DNA of 64,000 bases from Isurus oxyrinchus (taxonomy: Eukaryota), in contig JANJGN010000026.1 in the NCBI GenBank assembly GCA_026770705.1, positions 32,612,001-32,676,000 on the forward strand. The letters run 5' to 3'. This document shows positions 35,001-45,439 of this stretch, in pieces (the stretch's first letter is position 1; each line of letters begins with the position of its first letter). The position numbers were made by a program, and so were the translations under genes. Under the pieces are notes generated by a model. The model ran no database searches. It was not told where the DNA came from and saw only the letters and a list, made by a program, of their open reading frames with translations.

Positions 35001-35244
35001 CTCAAACCGTGCGACTGATCTTTGTGTAGAATAGTTGTATTTGATTGTGGATTCCACACCCAAACTACGTTTTGGAGAACATAAGCGTCATCATTCCTGA
35101 TAAACCAGCCAATCGTATGCCTGGGAAATCCCTTCAGTTTCTCAGTAAGTGAAGCCTGATCCTGATCTGAGTTACACTTTAATATCAGAAGGAACAACAT
35201 ATTTGGAACATTCTCTGATTTTCTGTCGAACTCCAAACCAGACA

Positions 35245-35450
35245 CCTTGTTCTCCCTATGTTCCCTTACTACTGATAATAACGGTCTTCCTACTCTTTCA
35301 GTATATGCTTAAATATTGGGTCTCGCTTCCATAAATAATGTTGCTCAGACTTTCGAAACTTTCTGCATTTGTCTTACATGAATGAGTGCCGTGTCCATCT
35401 GAATTGACATTCTGGAAGGACAGTGCATAGCATTGAACTGGAGAGTTTCA
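35245..35450 (+). pseudogene. Truncated family A leader and 5' V
   Basis: Homologous to 54761-54970. Confidence 0.65.
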
Positions 35451-35504
35451 TTCCCTCCATCGACTTGGTCTCTAAACATGCAAACACTCCCTTATCAGGA
35501 CGAT

Positions 35505-35802
35505 AGCCCAGCTTGTGGTCAGCAGCCAGCTCACCACCATCACTGTATACACAAGGAAGCGACCTGAGAGAGTCCTGAGACACGGCAGCAGAGTATTGAG
35601 GATTAGAACTGCTGTCCTCAAATATGCTTCTTTGCAGTTTCAGTCGGATTGGAGTCTGAAGTTTGTTTTCTCGGCCGCTAGGAAACTGTTGGGTGACAGT
35701 TTGATCCGAGGTGAATGTGGTTTCCTCTCGGTTTGTGTTTGAATGGCCGATAGCATCGCTGAACATTGTGGCTGCATCTGCCCGAGATTCTACACATAAA
35801 CC
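35505..35802 (+). repeat. Family F V-like relic with 12-spacer RSS-like end
   Basis: CATCTGC 35775-35781, 12 bp, ACATAAACC 35794-35802. Confidence 0.65.
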
Positions 35803-35838
35803 CAAATGGACAGGAGTTCCGAGTCACAATTCAAAGAC

Positions 35839-35877
35839 AGTTTGCGCACAGGGGTGAGACTGTTTTCCATCACTGTG
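35839..35877 (-). other. 23-RSS: CACAGTG-23-GCGCAAACT
   Basis: Heptamer 35871-35877; spacer 35848-35870. Confidence 0.8.
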
Positions 35878-36182
35878 AGTGTGAGAGTGCAGCAATACAC
35901 GGCAGCGTCAGTCAGCTGCAGACCCGAGATGGTTCAACTGGTAAATTTCGTGGAGGACTGGAACTCGACTGGGAAACGGATTTGGGCAAAATTTGTTTTT
36001 TCTTCATAACCGCTCGTGGATTTCAGCAATAAAAACCCGAGCTGGGCGTCTAGATGTAGCCTATATCAGTATAGCCAAGAGCTGTTTTTTGTCGTATGAT
36101 AGCTACAGCTTAAAGTCACTACTTCGCCTTTTTCCTGAGCATCTGAGGGCAGCGGCTCTTACAAAATCTCCATGAATTAGTT
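35878..36182 (-). pseudogene. TCR V segment, family G (pseudogene)
   Basis: GEVVTLSCSYHTT..WLY*YR..RFPVEFQSSTKFTS*TISGLQLTDAAVYCC; two stops. Confidence 0.88.
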
Positions 36183-36869
36183 CTGAGCATGTTGAAACAG
36201 AAAATAAATCAGACCAGCGGGTGTTTAACATTTAAAGGATGTGCGGAAAATGTGAAAGATGAAGATGAAATGTGTGTGGTCCTCGATTACCTGTCAGTAA
36301 TGCCCCCCACAGAACCCAGAGGCTGAGTTGCCGCATTGTCGCTGTCTGCTCTGTAAAAGGGGAGTTGAATATTTGAAGACACCTGTTCTAAACCCCTTCA
36401 TCATTAATATGCTGTCGTGTCTCATGGTGTTCTCACCTCACTTCCTTATGTCCTCAGTGGTGCTGTGAGAGCGGTAGTTGATGAGCTGGTCCTCAGTGAA
36501 TGTAAACACACCGAACTGGACAATGTTCAGTGCCTTTATAGGGGGAATGGCTCAGCTTTGGAAGCCGAGGGTGGTGTTCTGGTTGTCAGTGTATTTAAAT
36601 TCCCAAAGCTGGACGATATTTAGTGTGCTCATAGGGGGAATGTTTCAGATTTAGCTACCGATGTAACAGTGGCTGATTATTGTAACTGGAAAACTCAAGG
36701 CTGACCTGACCAGAAGGAGAGTCGGAACAGTGACTCCGCTGAGATTTCCCTCAAGTATCAGTTAACTATTGAGCTAAGAACGATTCTGTGTTTTGTCTCA
36801 GTGATTTATAACGGTGATATCTGTTGTTACCGAACAAGTACTTGAACAAACCTAGAGGAATTAACATAG

Positions 36870-37200
36870 AGCAATTCACCAAGGCTCCTTCGACCGCACC
36901 TTCCAAACCCACGATCATTGCCATCTAGAAGGACAAGGCAGCGGATAGATGGGAGTAACACCATCTGGAAGTTCCCCTCCGAGTCACTCACCATCCTAAC
37001 ATGGAAATATATCACCGTTCCTTCACTGCCGCTGGATGAAAATCCTGGAACTTCTTTCCTTACAGCACTCTGGATGTACCTACACCACCTGGACTACAGC
37101 AGTTCAAGGAGCAGCTCACCATCACTTTCTCAATAGCAAGTATGGATGGGCAATAAATGCTGGCCGAGCCAGCGAAGTCCACACCCCGTGAATGAGTAAA
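36870..37200 (+). mobile_element. LINE 3' end fragment
   Basis: Homologous to 15070-15380, including the gggcaataaatgctggcc tail. Confidence 0.8.
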
Positions 37201-37649
37201 AGAAAAGCTCTCCCTATAATTTAAACAACATTTCGAGCACTGACCCCTGCTGCAGTTTGTACTTAAAACTTTGTTAGAAAGTCAGTGGTGGATTCTGCCT
37301 CTCTGTACAAGTAAGGATATATTTAAAAACCCATAACCTCCAGAACCTTCGGATTTGTAAATGAGATTGCATCGCATCGACTCTCTGCATCCAGTTACTG
37401 AAGACAGAACACTCCGAGCGGGTCCAAAGCTCCCAGGGTGAGATGCAGGCTGAATACTCATTAACAAGAACTAACACCCATAGTGCATGAAAAACTGTCC
37501 TTACAACTCTCGTTCAGGTTAGAAGAAGATGTGGTGCAGGGAGAAGCAAAATAAAAGGGGTTTGAATTGTCTTTCGCTCCTTTATCATCGATCCCCACCC
37601 TCGATACAATGAATGGCTTCAGAAAACACAGCTCATCACATATTTTCGT

Positions 37650-37800
37650 CATATTTTAGTATCCTTTCCCCATCTTCAGAATTCACTTCTCAGCGTCTAT
37701 CTTTCCTTCATATTTTAATATTCCTTTCCCCATCTTCAGAAATATCATCTCAGGGTGTATTCATCATTTATATTTTAATATCCCTTTCCCCATCTTCCAG
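37650..37800. repeat. ~60-bp tandem repeat, about 2.5 copies
   Basis: Three occurrences of cctttccccatcttc spaced about 60 bp apart. Confidence 0.8.
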
Positions 37801-38619
37801 ACCTTTCATTCACTTGCCTTGCCCAGTGATTAGTATCAGATTTTAATCCTTCGACATTGCTTTCTGAGGATCATTAAGGAAAAGCTGCTGTGGGGATAGA
37901 AACAGAGGTAGATTGCTGACTGTGATTGATATACTTTCAAAATACATTGAGAAAAAAAAGTTGGGGTATCCGGCCCTCACCATGGACCTCTGTTAATGCA
38001 GGGCAAACATACAAAACTTTCAATAGCTTCATTTTCCAACCCAGTCTCCCAGAATAGCCACATGAAGATAAAATGAATGTCCCAATTGGATACATCATAT
38101 TTCATGACAGTGATTAGAATCATAAAATTATGGCGTGGTTACAGCACAGAGGAAGGCCATTCATCGCATCTTATCCGTGCTGGCCCTCTGTGAGAGTCGC
38201 TAAGCCAGAATCAGCACCTTTCCCCCATGACCTGCAAATCATTTACGAAATTCCAGCAAGATCAGTTCTCTGGAAAATCTTTTCTTATCGTTGATCGATT
38301 CACTTTTTGATCTTTTAATTTTCCAGAGAATGGCTAACACGGCAGCCTCCTACCTGTTTGTTCTCCGGCATCTAACCAGGTGGCTGACGTGTTCCTCAAC
38401 AACACGTCCGATATTCGGGCTGGTTGCAGTTTGCAAACGTCAAAAGCAATTGGTGACAATTCACTTTGGTGGCCCAGTCAAGTCTTCACAATCTGCCCGA
38501 AACCAACCTTCACCCACTGCGGCTCTGTGTTCAAATTTGTCCAGACAAAGTGGATCCAGACCTATTTTTCCAGTGGAAGGTCATTGGACTGAGCAGTGAG
38601 TCAGAAAGTTTACCTTTTC

Positions 38620-39640
38620 AGGCACTTGGGACTACCGAACTGGAGAGGATGCAAAGGAGATTTACCAGGATTTTGCCTGGGATGAAATATTTAAGTTATG
38701 AAGAGAGGTTGGATATATTGTACCATTGTCGCTGACATCTTTTGATGATCTGCTTCTATCACTGCTTGTTTGTCCACACAACCGCCTCTCTCTCTCTCTA
38801 TCTCTCCGCCCCCCACACACACACCTTAAACCAGCTTATATTTCAACTCTTTCTTGGACTCGAAATCAAGTTCTGTCGAAGGGTCATGAGGACTCAAAAC
38901 GTCAACTCTTTTCTTCTCCACCGATGCTGCCAGACCTGCTGAGTTTTTCCAGGTAATTCTGCTTGTGTTTTGGATAGACTTGGGTTGTTTTCGTTGGAGC
39001 AGAGAAGACTGAGGGGCGACTGGATCGAGATGTACAAGATTATGAGGGGCATGGACAGGGTGGATAGGGAGGAGCTGTTCCCCTTAGTTGAAGGGTCAGT
39101 CACAAGGGGGCATAAGTTCAAGGTGAGGGGCTGGAGGTTTAGGGGGGATGTGAGGAATTTTTTTTTTTTACCCAGAGGGTGGTGACGTTTGGAATGCACT
39201 CCTTGGGAGGGTGGTGAAGGCGGGTTGTCTCACATACTTTAACAAGGGTAGTAGTTGTGAGGAATTCGCTGCCCAAGTTGGTAGTAGACGCAGAAACTTT
39301 AAACTCTTTTAAAAAGTACCTGCAACTGCACCTAAAGTGCTGTAAGCTGCAGGGCTATGGGCGGGGTGCAAAAAGGTGTGATTAGAAAGGGCAACTGGGT
39401 GTCCTCGGGCTGGCATGGACAAGATGGGCCGAATGGCCTCCTTCTGTGTTGTAACTTTTTCTGGTTTTATGGTTCTAAATACCTGGCTGAGCGCGTGGCA
39501 CGTCATATCATACAAGGCTATGGGCGAAGTGCTGGTAAATGGGATTAACTAGGTAGGTCAGGTTTTTCTCAGGTCTTGGTGCAGACTCGATGGGCCGAAG
39601 GGCCTCTTCTGCACTCTGTGATTCTGTGATTTTGTGAATT
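38620..39640 (+). mobile_element. CR1 3' fragments with a nested Penelope-like terminus (~38722-38970)
   Basis: LERMQRRFTR..LSYEERLD [insertion] DRLGLFSLEQRRLRGD; repeated GGGCCGAA 3' UTRs. Confidence 0.85.
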
Positions 39641-39691
39641 CAAGGGAGACGTCAGCATTATCGCTGCCGGTAAACGGATTCACCCAGCCAA

Positions 39692-39830
39692 GGGGTGGGG
39701 GGTGGTGGGGGGGGGGGGGGGGGGGGGGGTGGCGGTGGGGTGTGGGGCGCGGAGGGGTGAGGGGGGGCGGTGGTGGTGGGGAGGTGGAGGGGGAGGGAGG
39801 TGGCGGCGGTGTTGGAGTTGGGGGAGGTGG
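39692..39830 (+). repeat. G-rich low-complexity tract
   Basis: Poly-G and GGN runs. Confidence 0.85.
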
Positions 39831-41044
39831 TGAATACAAACAATTAAAGCAGCTGAAACAAAATGTAGAATTTCCTCAAATATTGAACACTAACAAGGTA
39901 AAATGGAAACCACACAGACCTGTTGGTGTTGCTATAATAACTGCAGATGAATGTGAAAGAGATCCTTGAGTCCACGGGGCTCCAATTTACAGGGAATGCT
40001 GTCGAGAACACCTTGGATACTGACAGGAAAGGTTACCTTTTCATGATATCTTGACACTGGCAGGGCCAAAAAGATATCATATCTGTCGTCGCTGTTTAAT
40101 TGCAGCCTTTGCCTGTACAGCACATGGACAAAAGAAGCGTGAGGACGTTGCTTCTATAATAATATGCCCATTGACAATGATGTAGCTCCACCTCTCTCTG
40201 AGAACCATGTTAGCCCCAGGTTCGCGAAATGAACTCCAGTGTTATTATTTAACTGCAAATGCCTTCACCATTGATCTCGGATTGAAGTGTGCGGGCGAAA
40301 GCAGACTTTGGATGACAGAAAAATCCCAACCCAATCGGAATTGTAATTCCTAATGGCAAATGTATTTAATTTCAAACTTTCAAGTTGAGTAGCTAGGTTA
40401 TTTGTAATGAAGTAAGCTATGAAATCATTGGCATTAGCAAAGATAGAATATTATGAGTTCAAATCGAAGGGCTGAAATATCTTTTTTTCGTTAATTTAGA
40501 TGAAAGCAAATGCCAGTCAGCATTCTTTGGGGCAATATGGCCAGTGGCAGACACAGCGAATCCGCACCGCCACCTGCTGGCCTGGTTTAAATGAACACCT
40601 TTGGTAGGATCTCAGAGATCATTGTTCAGTATTTGTGTTCTCTCTGTTTTCATTATTCGGTCTGATTCAGGATGATGAGGCGAGCGCTCCTCCCACTTTC
40701 CACCAAATCTGAGCAAGAACCTCCCGCACAGTTCACTCTGTGACGTGGAGTCCCAGAAGGTTGCTTCTAGCGGGCACAGTGTTCTGGTGTTCGTTAAGAT
40801 TGATGCACAACAGCACTGACTTCTCCAAAAGCAGCTACCCTGGCCTGAATCTGCCGACAGTTAATTTACCCAAGTTGATAGGACACGAAATGGTGGCAAT
40901 TCTGGATTTCACACTCTATCATCTACGTGAGTGCGGCACACATCATTAAATGCCTATAATATCACATATATTGTAATACATATAGTCTAACAGTATATTA
41001 TAATATTATATTATATATTATATTGTACAGTATAATATATATTA

Positions 41045-41296
41045 TTCCTTTATGGGATGTAGGCGTCGCTGTCTAGGCCACCAGTTATTGCCCATCCCTC
41101 CCTAATTGACCTTGATGAAAGGGCATTTGAGAGTCAACCACATCGCTGTGGGACCAGAGTCACATGTAGGTCAGACCAAATAAGGATGGCAGGTTTCCTG
41201 CCCTAAAGAGCATAAATGAACCAAATGCTTTTTAAGACAACCGGCAGTCGTTTCATGGACATATTCCCAGATTTGTATTGAATTCAAATTTCAATA
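41045..41296 (-). mobile_element. SINE copy
   Basis: Same family as 19395-19745. Confidence 0.8.
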
Positions 41297-41439
41297 NNNN
41301 NNNNNNNNNNNNNNNNNNNNNNNNNNNNNNNNNNNNNNNNNNNNNNNNNNNNNNNNNNNNNNNNNNNNNNNNNNNNNNNNNNNNNNNNNNNNNNNNNNNN
41401 NNNNNNNNNNNNNNNNNNNNNNNNNNNNNNNNNNNNNNN
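41297..41439. other. Assembly gap
   Basis: N run. Confidence 1.
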
Positions 41440-42158
41440 TGTTGGATTGCATTTTCCAGTATTCTATCATCTTGTATTTTGTTATTTTGTATTTTATTAT
41501 TGTAAGTTACATGGAATTGCGCTTTTTTTTTACAAATTATGTACATTATATCTCATGCAACTGGCAGTAATGGAGTATGACAGTCAGCGGTTGTTGCAGA
41601 AGGAGACATTGCATCATTGATCTGTTTTACCAAAGTAGCAGGACGGATCAGACGATATCCGGACAGAACAATGCAGCACTTGGCGAGAAGTACCAGCAAT
41701 CGGAACAAGATCAAGGCTTGGCCCAATTTAGCGTAGTGAAGTGCTCAGAATGTTGGCGACACTCGAGTGACAGACGCTATTTCTGTTTCTTTGAGGCACA
41801 ATGTGTCACCTCGCAGTAAGGATCATAGAAAAGCCTCCTGAGGGAGGTGGGTGACAGTTTGTAGCCTGTGCCCTTATCAAAGAGCTGGGAGTTTGATAAC
41901 AATCTCCCCGGAAAAGGGCCCTCCGTCTCCTAATAAGTGAATCCTGCCCTGATCATTGTTCACGCTACAAAATCAGACCAGAAGGGTCAACATCCATTTA
42001 GCATTAATTTATTTCCTGTCAAAATAGAAATCAAACACCATATGTTCCATACGTTCCTTTCTGAACTTCTGTGTGGTGGGCCTATGTTTAAATAATCATT
42101 GGGTATTTCATGTTTAAGTCCAGTTCTAGACTTTGGCACATTCTGTGCTTTGTTACAG

Positions 42159-42480
42159 GCACGAGGGAATGGGAGAGATTAAGAGTCCCTGGATCCTTCT
42201 GGGTTAATGGTCTGGAAAAAAGGTAGTAACATTAGGCTGCAGTTTCTACATGTCTGATAACTTTCTCTCGCTCTGTTGGTGCATTAATATTCCGGGTGAT
42301 CTCAGAGATATTTTCTGAGGAGATGTAACTCGAGGCATTGAGTTAGTTCTCAATATTTCCATACAGGTTCCCTGTTTCCCTGGACAAGGACCAAAAGAGT
42401 AATGCAACTGTTTGAGAGACAAACCTGCCAATCTTTCTCCTAGGCTTTGTTGGGATCAAAGTTCCTGCCGGTAATAGTGC
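42159..42480 (+). pseudogene. V relic, family A'
   Basis: Acceptor ttgttacag; VTLGCSF..; homologous to 13745-14066(-). Confidence 0.6.
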
Positions 42481-42516
42481 AGAAGCATACTTAATGGTCT
42501 TGTAAATATTTGCTGA

Positions 42517-42555
42517 GGTTTTTGTACAGCGTCGTGGCTGTTATCTGGCGCTGTG
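42517..42555 (-). other. 23-RSS: CACAGCG-23-ACAAAAACC
   Basis: Spacer counted 42526-42548. Confidence 0.9.
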
Positions 42556-43037
42556 CCTCACTACACAGTAAAAGACCACGCTGTCCTTCTCCACACTCAG
42601 TCCGCTTATATTGAGGTAACCAGACCTTGTAGACCTGTCAGCAGCCGCCAGATATTGCCCTCAGATTTTGTCTTCTTTCAGCACTACTGTCCTGCTGATT
42701 ATCCAGCCTGGAGTCTGTGCAGGCTTCTGCCGATGCCATTGCATATACTCAATATCCAGGGTTTTATATTCACAATGTAACTGCACAGAACCCCCATCTA
42801 ACATGGTTGTTGTCAGTGGAGACTGAGTCACTGGATCTGCAAATAATCCGCCTGTGGAGTTAGAGGTACAAAAAAGCACAAGGTTCAATCTAAACCTGCA
42901 TCTATCTGTATGTGCAAATTCCCACCTATCAAGATGTCTAATCGCATTACATCCTATTGCAAACTCTTTGCATCAATCTGCTAACTTGCCTTCATGAACA
43001 AAGTCCAGTACTTACTATCCAGTATTATCAGGAACAT
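42556..43037 (-). pseudogene. TCR V segment, family E (one in-frame TGA, shortened leader)
   Basis: DPVTQSPLTTTMLDGGSVQLHCEY..MQWHRQKP..KI*GQY..GYLNISGLSVEKDSVVFYCVVR; CTCF-like motif upstream at 43240-43258. Confidence 0.9.
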
Positions 43038-44287
43038 GTCTGAGTGAATCTCTCTTTCTCTCAATGTGAATGGAATGCTTTAGAGAGTGAGAAGAAGATA
43101 GGAAACCCGGGCTTTATTTAACTCATTGTTCCACCCACACACTGCTGGGGGCCAGGCCCATCGTGACCTCACTCAAGCTACCATCCTTATTGGCTCTGGT
43201 GTTGGTCACGCGTGACTTTCTAATCAACATGTATAAACCTGGCGCCATCTGCTGGCAGATTCTGTTCAATTTGGTTGAGAATGGGGCCTTTGGGTGGCTG
43301 TGGAATTCATTGGTATACATATTAAAACAAGCATGCCAGATATTGTTTCCAAGGAATTGAAATTGGAGCTTATCAGACTCAGGCTTTCTTTTGTGTTTAT
43401 GTCAGAGAATAATGCATTTCTTTCTATATTACTGTTTGAAAATCAAGGAAAAACTATTTAGATAGGATGATAATATATAAGATATTACACATTAGAAGTA
43501 ATGCACGAGGCAGGTACTAAGTGTGGCGGCCTTAAATGTAAACAGATGAGGAAAACTGGCGTTATTCTTTTATGAAAGGATTTAAAGGAGATACTTAATT
43601 GAAGTAGTCAAAATGATAAGAGATCTGATGTAATAAATCGTGCATTATTGTGCCCAGTGGCAGAAAATTCGATAACACATACACCCCATTTTCAGAGAAG
43701 AAAATGTAAGAAAAAATAAGCAAAAAGGTGAAATTCACTCATTACACTGTGTTGAAACCTAAAATGCACGACCTAAAGGATGGAAGAAGAACATTCAATC
43801 GGAACCTTCAAAAAGAAATTGTTTGCAAGTTGAAATTGAGAAAACTTGCTCCTCATGCGGAAACTGCAGGAGTTGAAAGGCGGTTTTGATAACTCTTCCA
43901 AACAGACACAAGGATGGTATGGCAAATAATCTAATTCAGTGGTTTAAAATTACATGATTCAAGTTTCTTCATGCCTCTTCTGCTCTATTTGCTCTCTGTC
44001 ACTTGAACAGTGAGCAGCTGCAGGATTGTCACAAACTTGTGAAATTTCAACCGTCGCTATTTCCGCTCCCTCAGTTCAGAGAGCAGCTGAGAGTTATCGC
44101 GCACTTCACTTAATATTGAGTCTGCGGTATCCCCGCCCACAGTTGGTCAGTCTCTGACCCGATTATGTTATTGGAACGATTGCTGGCGCTGGTTCATTCT
44201 TCTCATTGTTTGGCTGGGCACTGCAGTGGGGCGGGGGTCTGTATTTCTGCTTTGACACAGGATTTTTTGCATGTAAGTTACAGACTC

Positions 44288-44802
44288 ATGATGTATCAAG
44301 GGGAACAATTTCACTCCGCTTTTCATTGTTATATCATTTCTCAGCAAGCATCTCCTTCCCAGTAAAGTCCACTGTCCTCCTGATTGCTGTGACCCAGATG
44401 TCATTGTTGTTAAAATAATAGTTATGGCAGTGATGATGATTATGTTGACCGACACAAAGCTGATGCTGACTATTGTTTTTACTTTTCTTTAATGTTAGAA
44501 TGGGACAACAAAGGCACAGTAGAACAGCCGGTTCATGAAATACTGGATGAAGAGGAAATTAATGCTGCACAAACTTGCATTTTTAAAGCAAGCAATCGCA
44601 GCTTTTATGTGTAGTGGCACAGTGAGCATCCCAGGCAGCCTCCAGAGTGGAAGCTTTATCATGTTCGAAAGAATGTGTACAGGAGCGCCGATATCAATCA
44701 TTGGTTTTCTTCTTCGCTTAATTAGAAATGCCAAGATCGTTGATCTAACGATCGGCAACACATTGATTTCCCACTCTGCCGTGTTTTCTGTGCCATGAGC
44801 CA
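44288..44802 (+). pseudogene. TCR V segment, family B (pseudogene)
   Basis: ttag-aatggga..TVEQPVHEI..; frameshifts; RSS AACACTG-24-ACAAAAACT (44803-44842); CTCF-like motif 44862-44878. Confidence 0.8.
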
Positions 44803-45439
44803 AACACTGCTACAGAGAGATCGTGGAACGAAGACAAAAACTCACAGTTTTTTCAATTACCGCTCAGCAGAGCGCGCTGTCACACCCACAAAAAAAGGAA
44901 GAATTCTACTTCGAATGTGAGGTCACGCGAACCTTTTCAAAAGATCATCACATTCAACAAGAACAGCTAATTACATTAGCTTGTCTTTAAAATTTGAATT
45001 TATAATAAAAACGAACTTTGTAAATGGCAATGTAATGCTTCAATCCCACTTATCCTTTTCGACGCATTTCCCTGCTGACTTCTTTCTTATCATCCCTTCT
45101 CCATTCGGTAAAAAAAAATGTGTACAGTTTCTTCTTTCAGTCTTTGATTTAAGGAGATGGCCCTTTGCTACTTCTCTGGGTATTAATTCACAACCCCTCC
45201 AACCCCGATGCCTATAGATTCAGCCCTGGATACGAGAGGTTATTGATGAAAAAAATTGCCTTTAATTGAATAATATAATAATCCTGATACTCCTGTCCCG
45301 AATCTGCTCGTCCCCAGTATGGAATGAATATGTGAGTGCCGCAACTCTTCTAGAGAGACAGACTTACATCCTTTTCGAAGCGGATATTACTACTGGTTCG
45401 CTTCCTTGCAGATGAATCCGAATGTATGATATCATGAAG

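Larger units (their letters stand above)
40890..41796 (+). pseudogene. TCR V segment, family C (pseudogene; intron contains a SINE and an N gap)
   Basis: Leader remnant MVAILDFTLYHL|gtgagt; YPDRTMQHLA..DTRVTD..FC homologous to 6634-6897; RSS CACAATG-23-AGAAAAGCC (41797-41835). Confidence 0.8.

Noticed and set aside
35730-35802. Family F read on the opposite strand as a D segment (12-RSS, CAGC, CACAATG..ACACAAACC) or as a J (TMFSGAVSRL)
   Set aside because: Second spacer is 25 bp, the D would be only 4 nt, there is no FGxG motif and no splice donor
37270-37520. Possible further V relic on minus strand (GYGFLNIS..)
   Set aside because: No conserved Cys/Trp framework or RSS that I can support
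37650-37800. CRISPR-like repeat-spacer pattern
   Set aside because: Intervening sequences are similar to one another; ordinary tandem repeat in vertebrate DNA
39558-39969. Gly-rich and Pro-rich ORFs
   Set aside because: Artefacts of the poly-G tract
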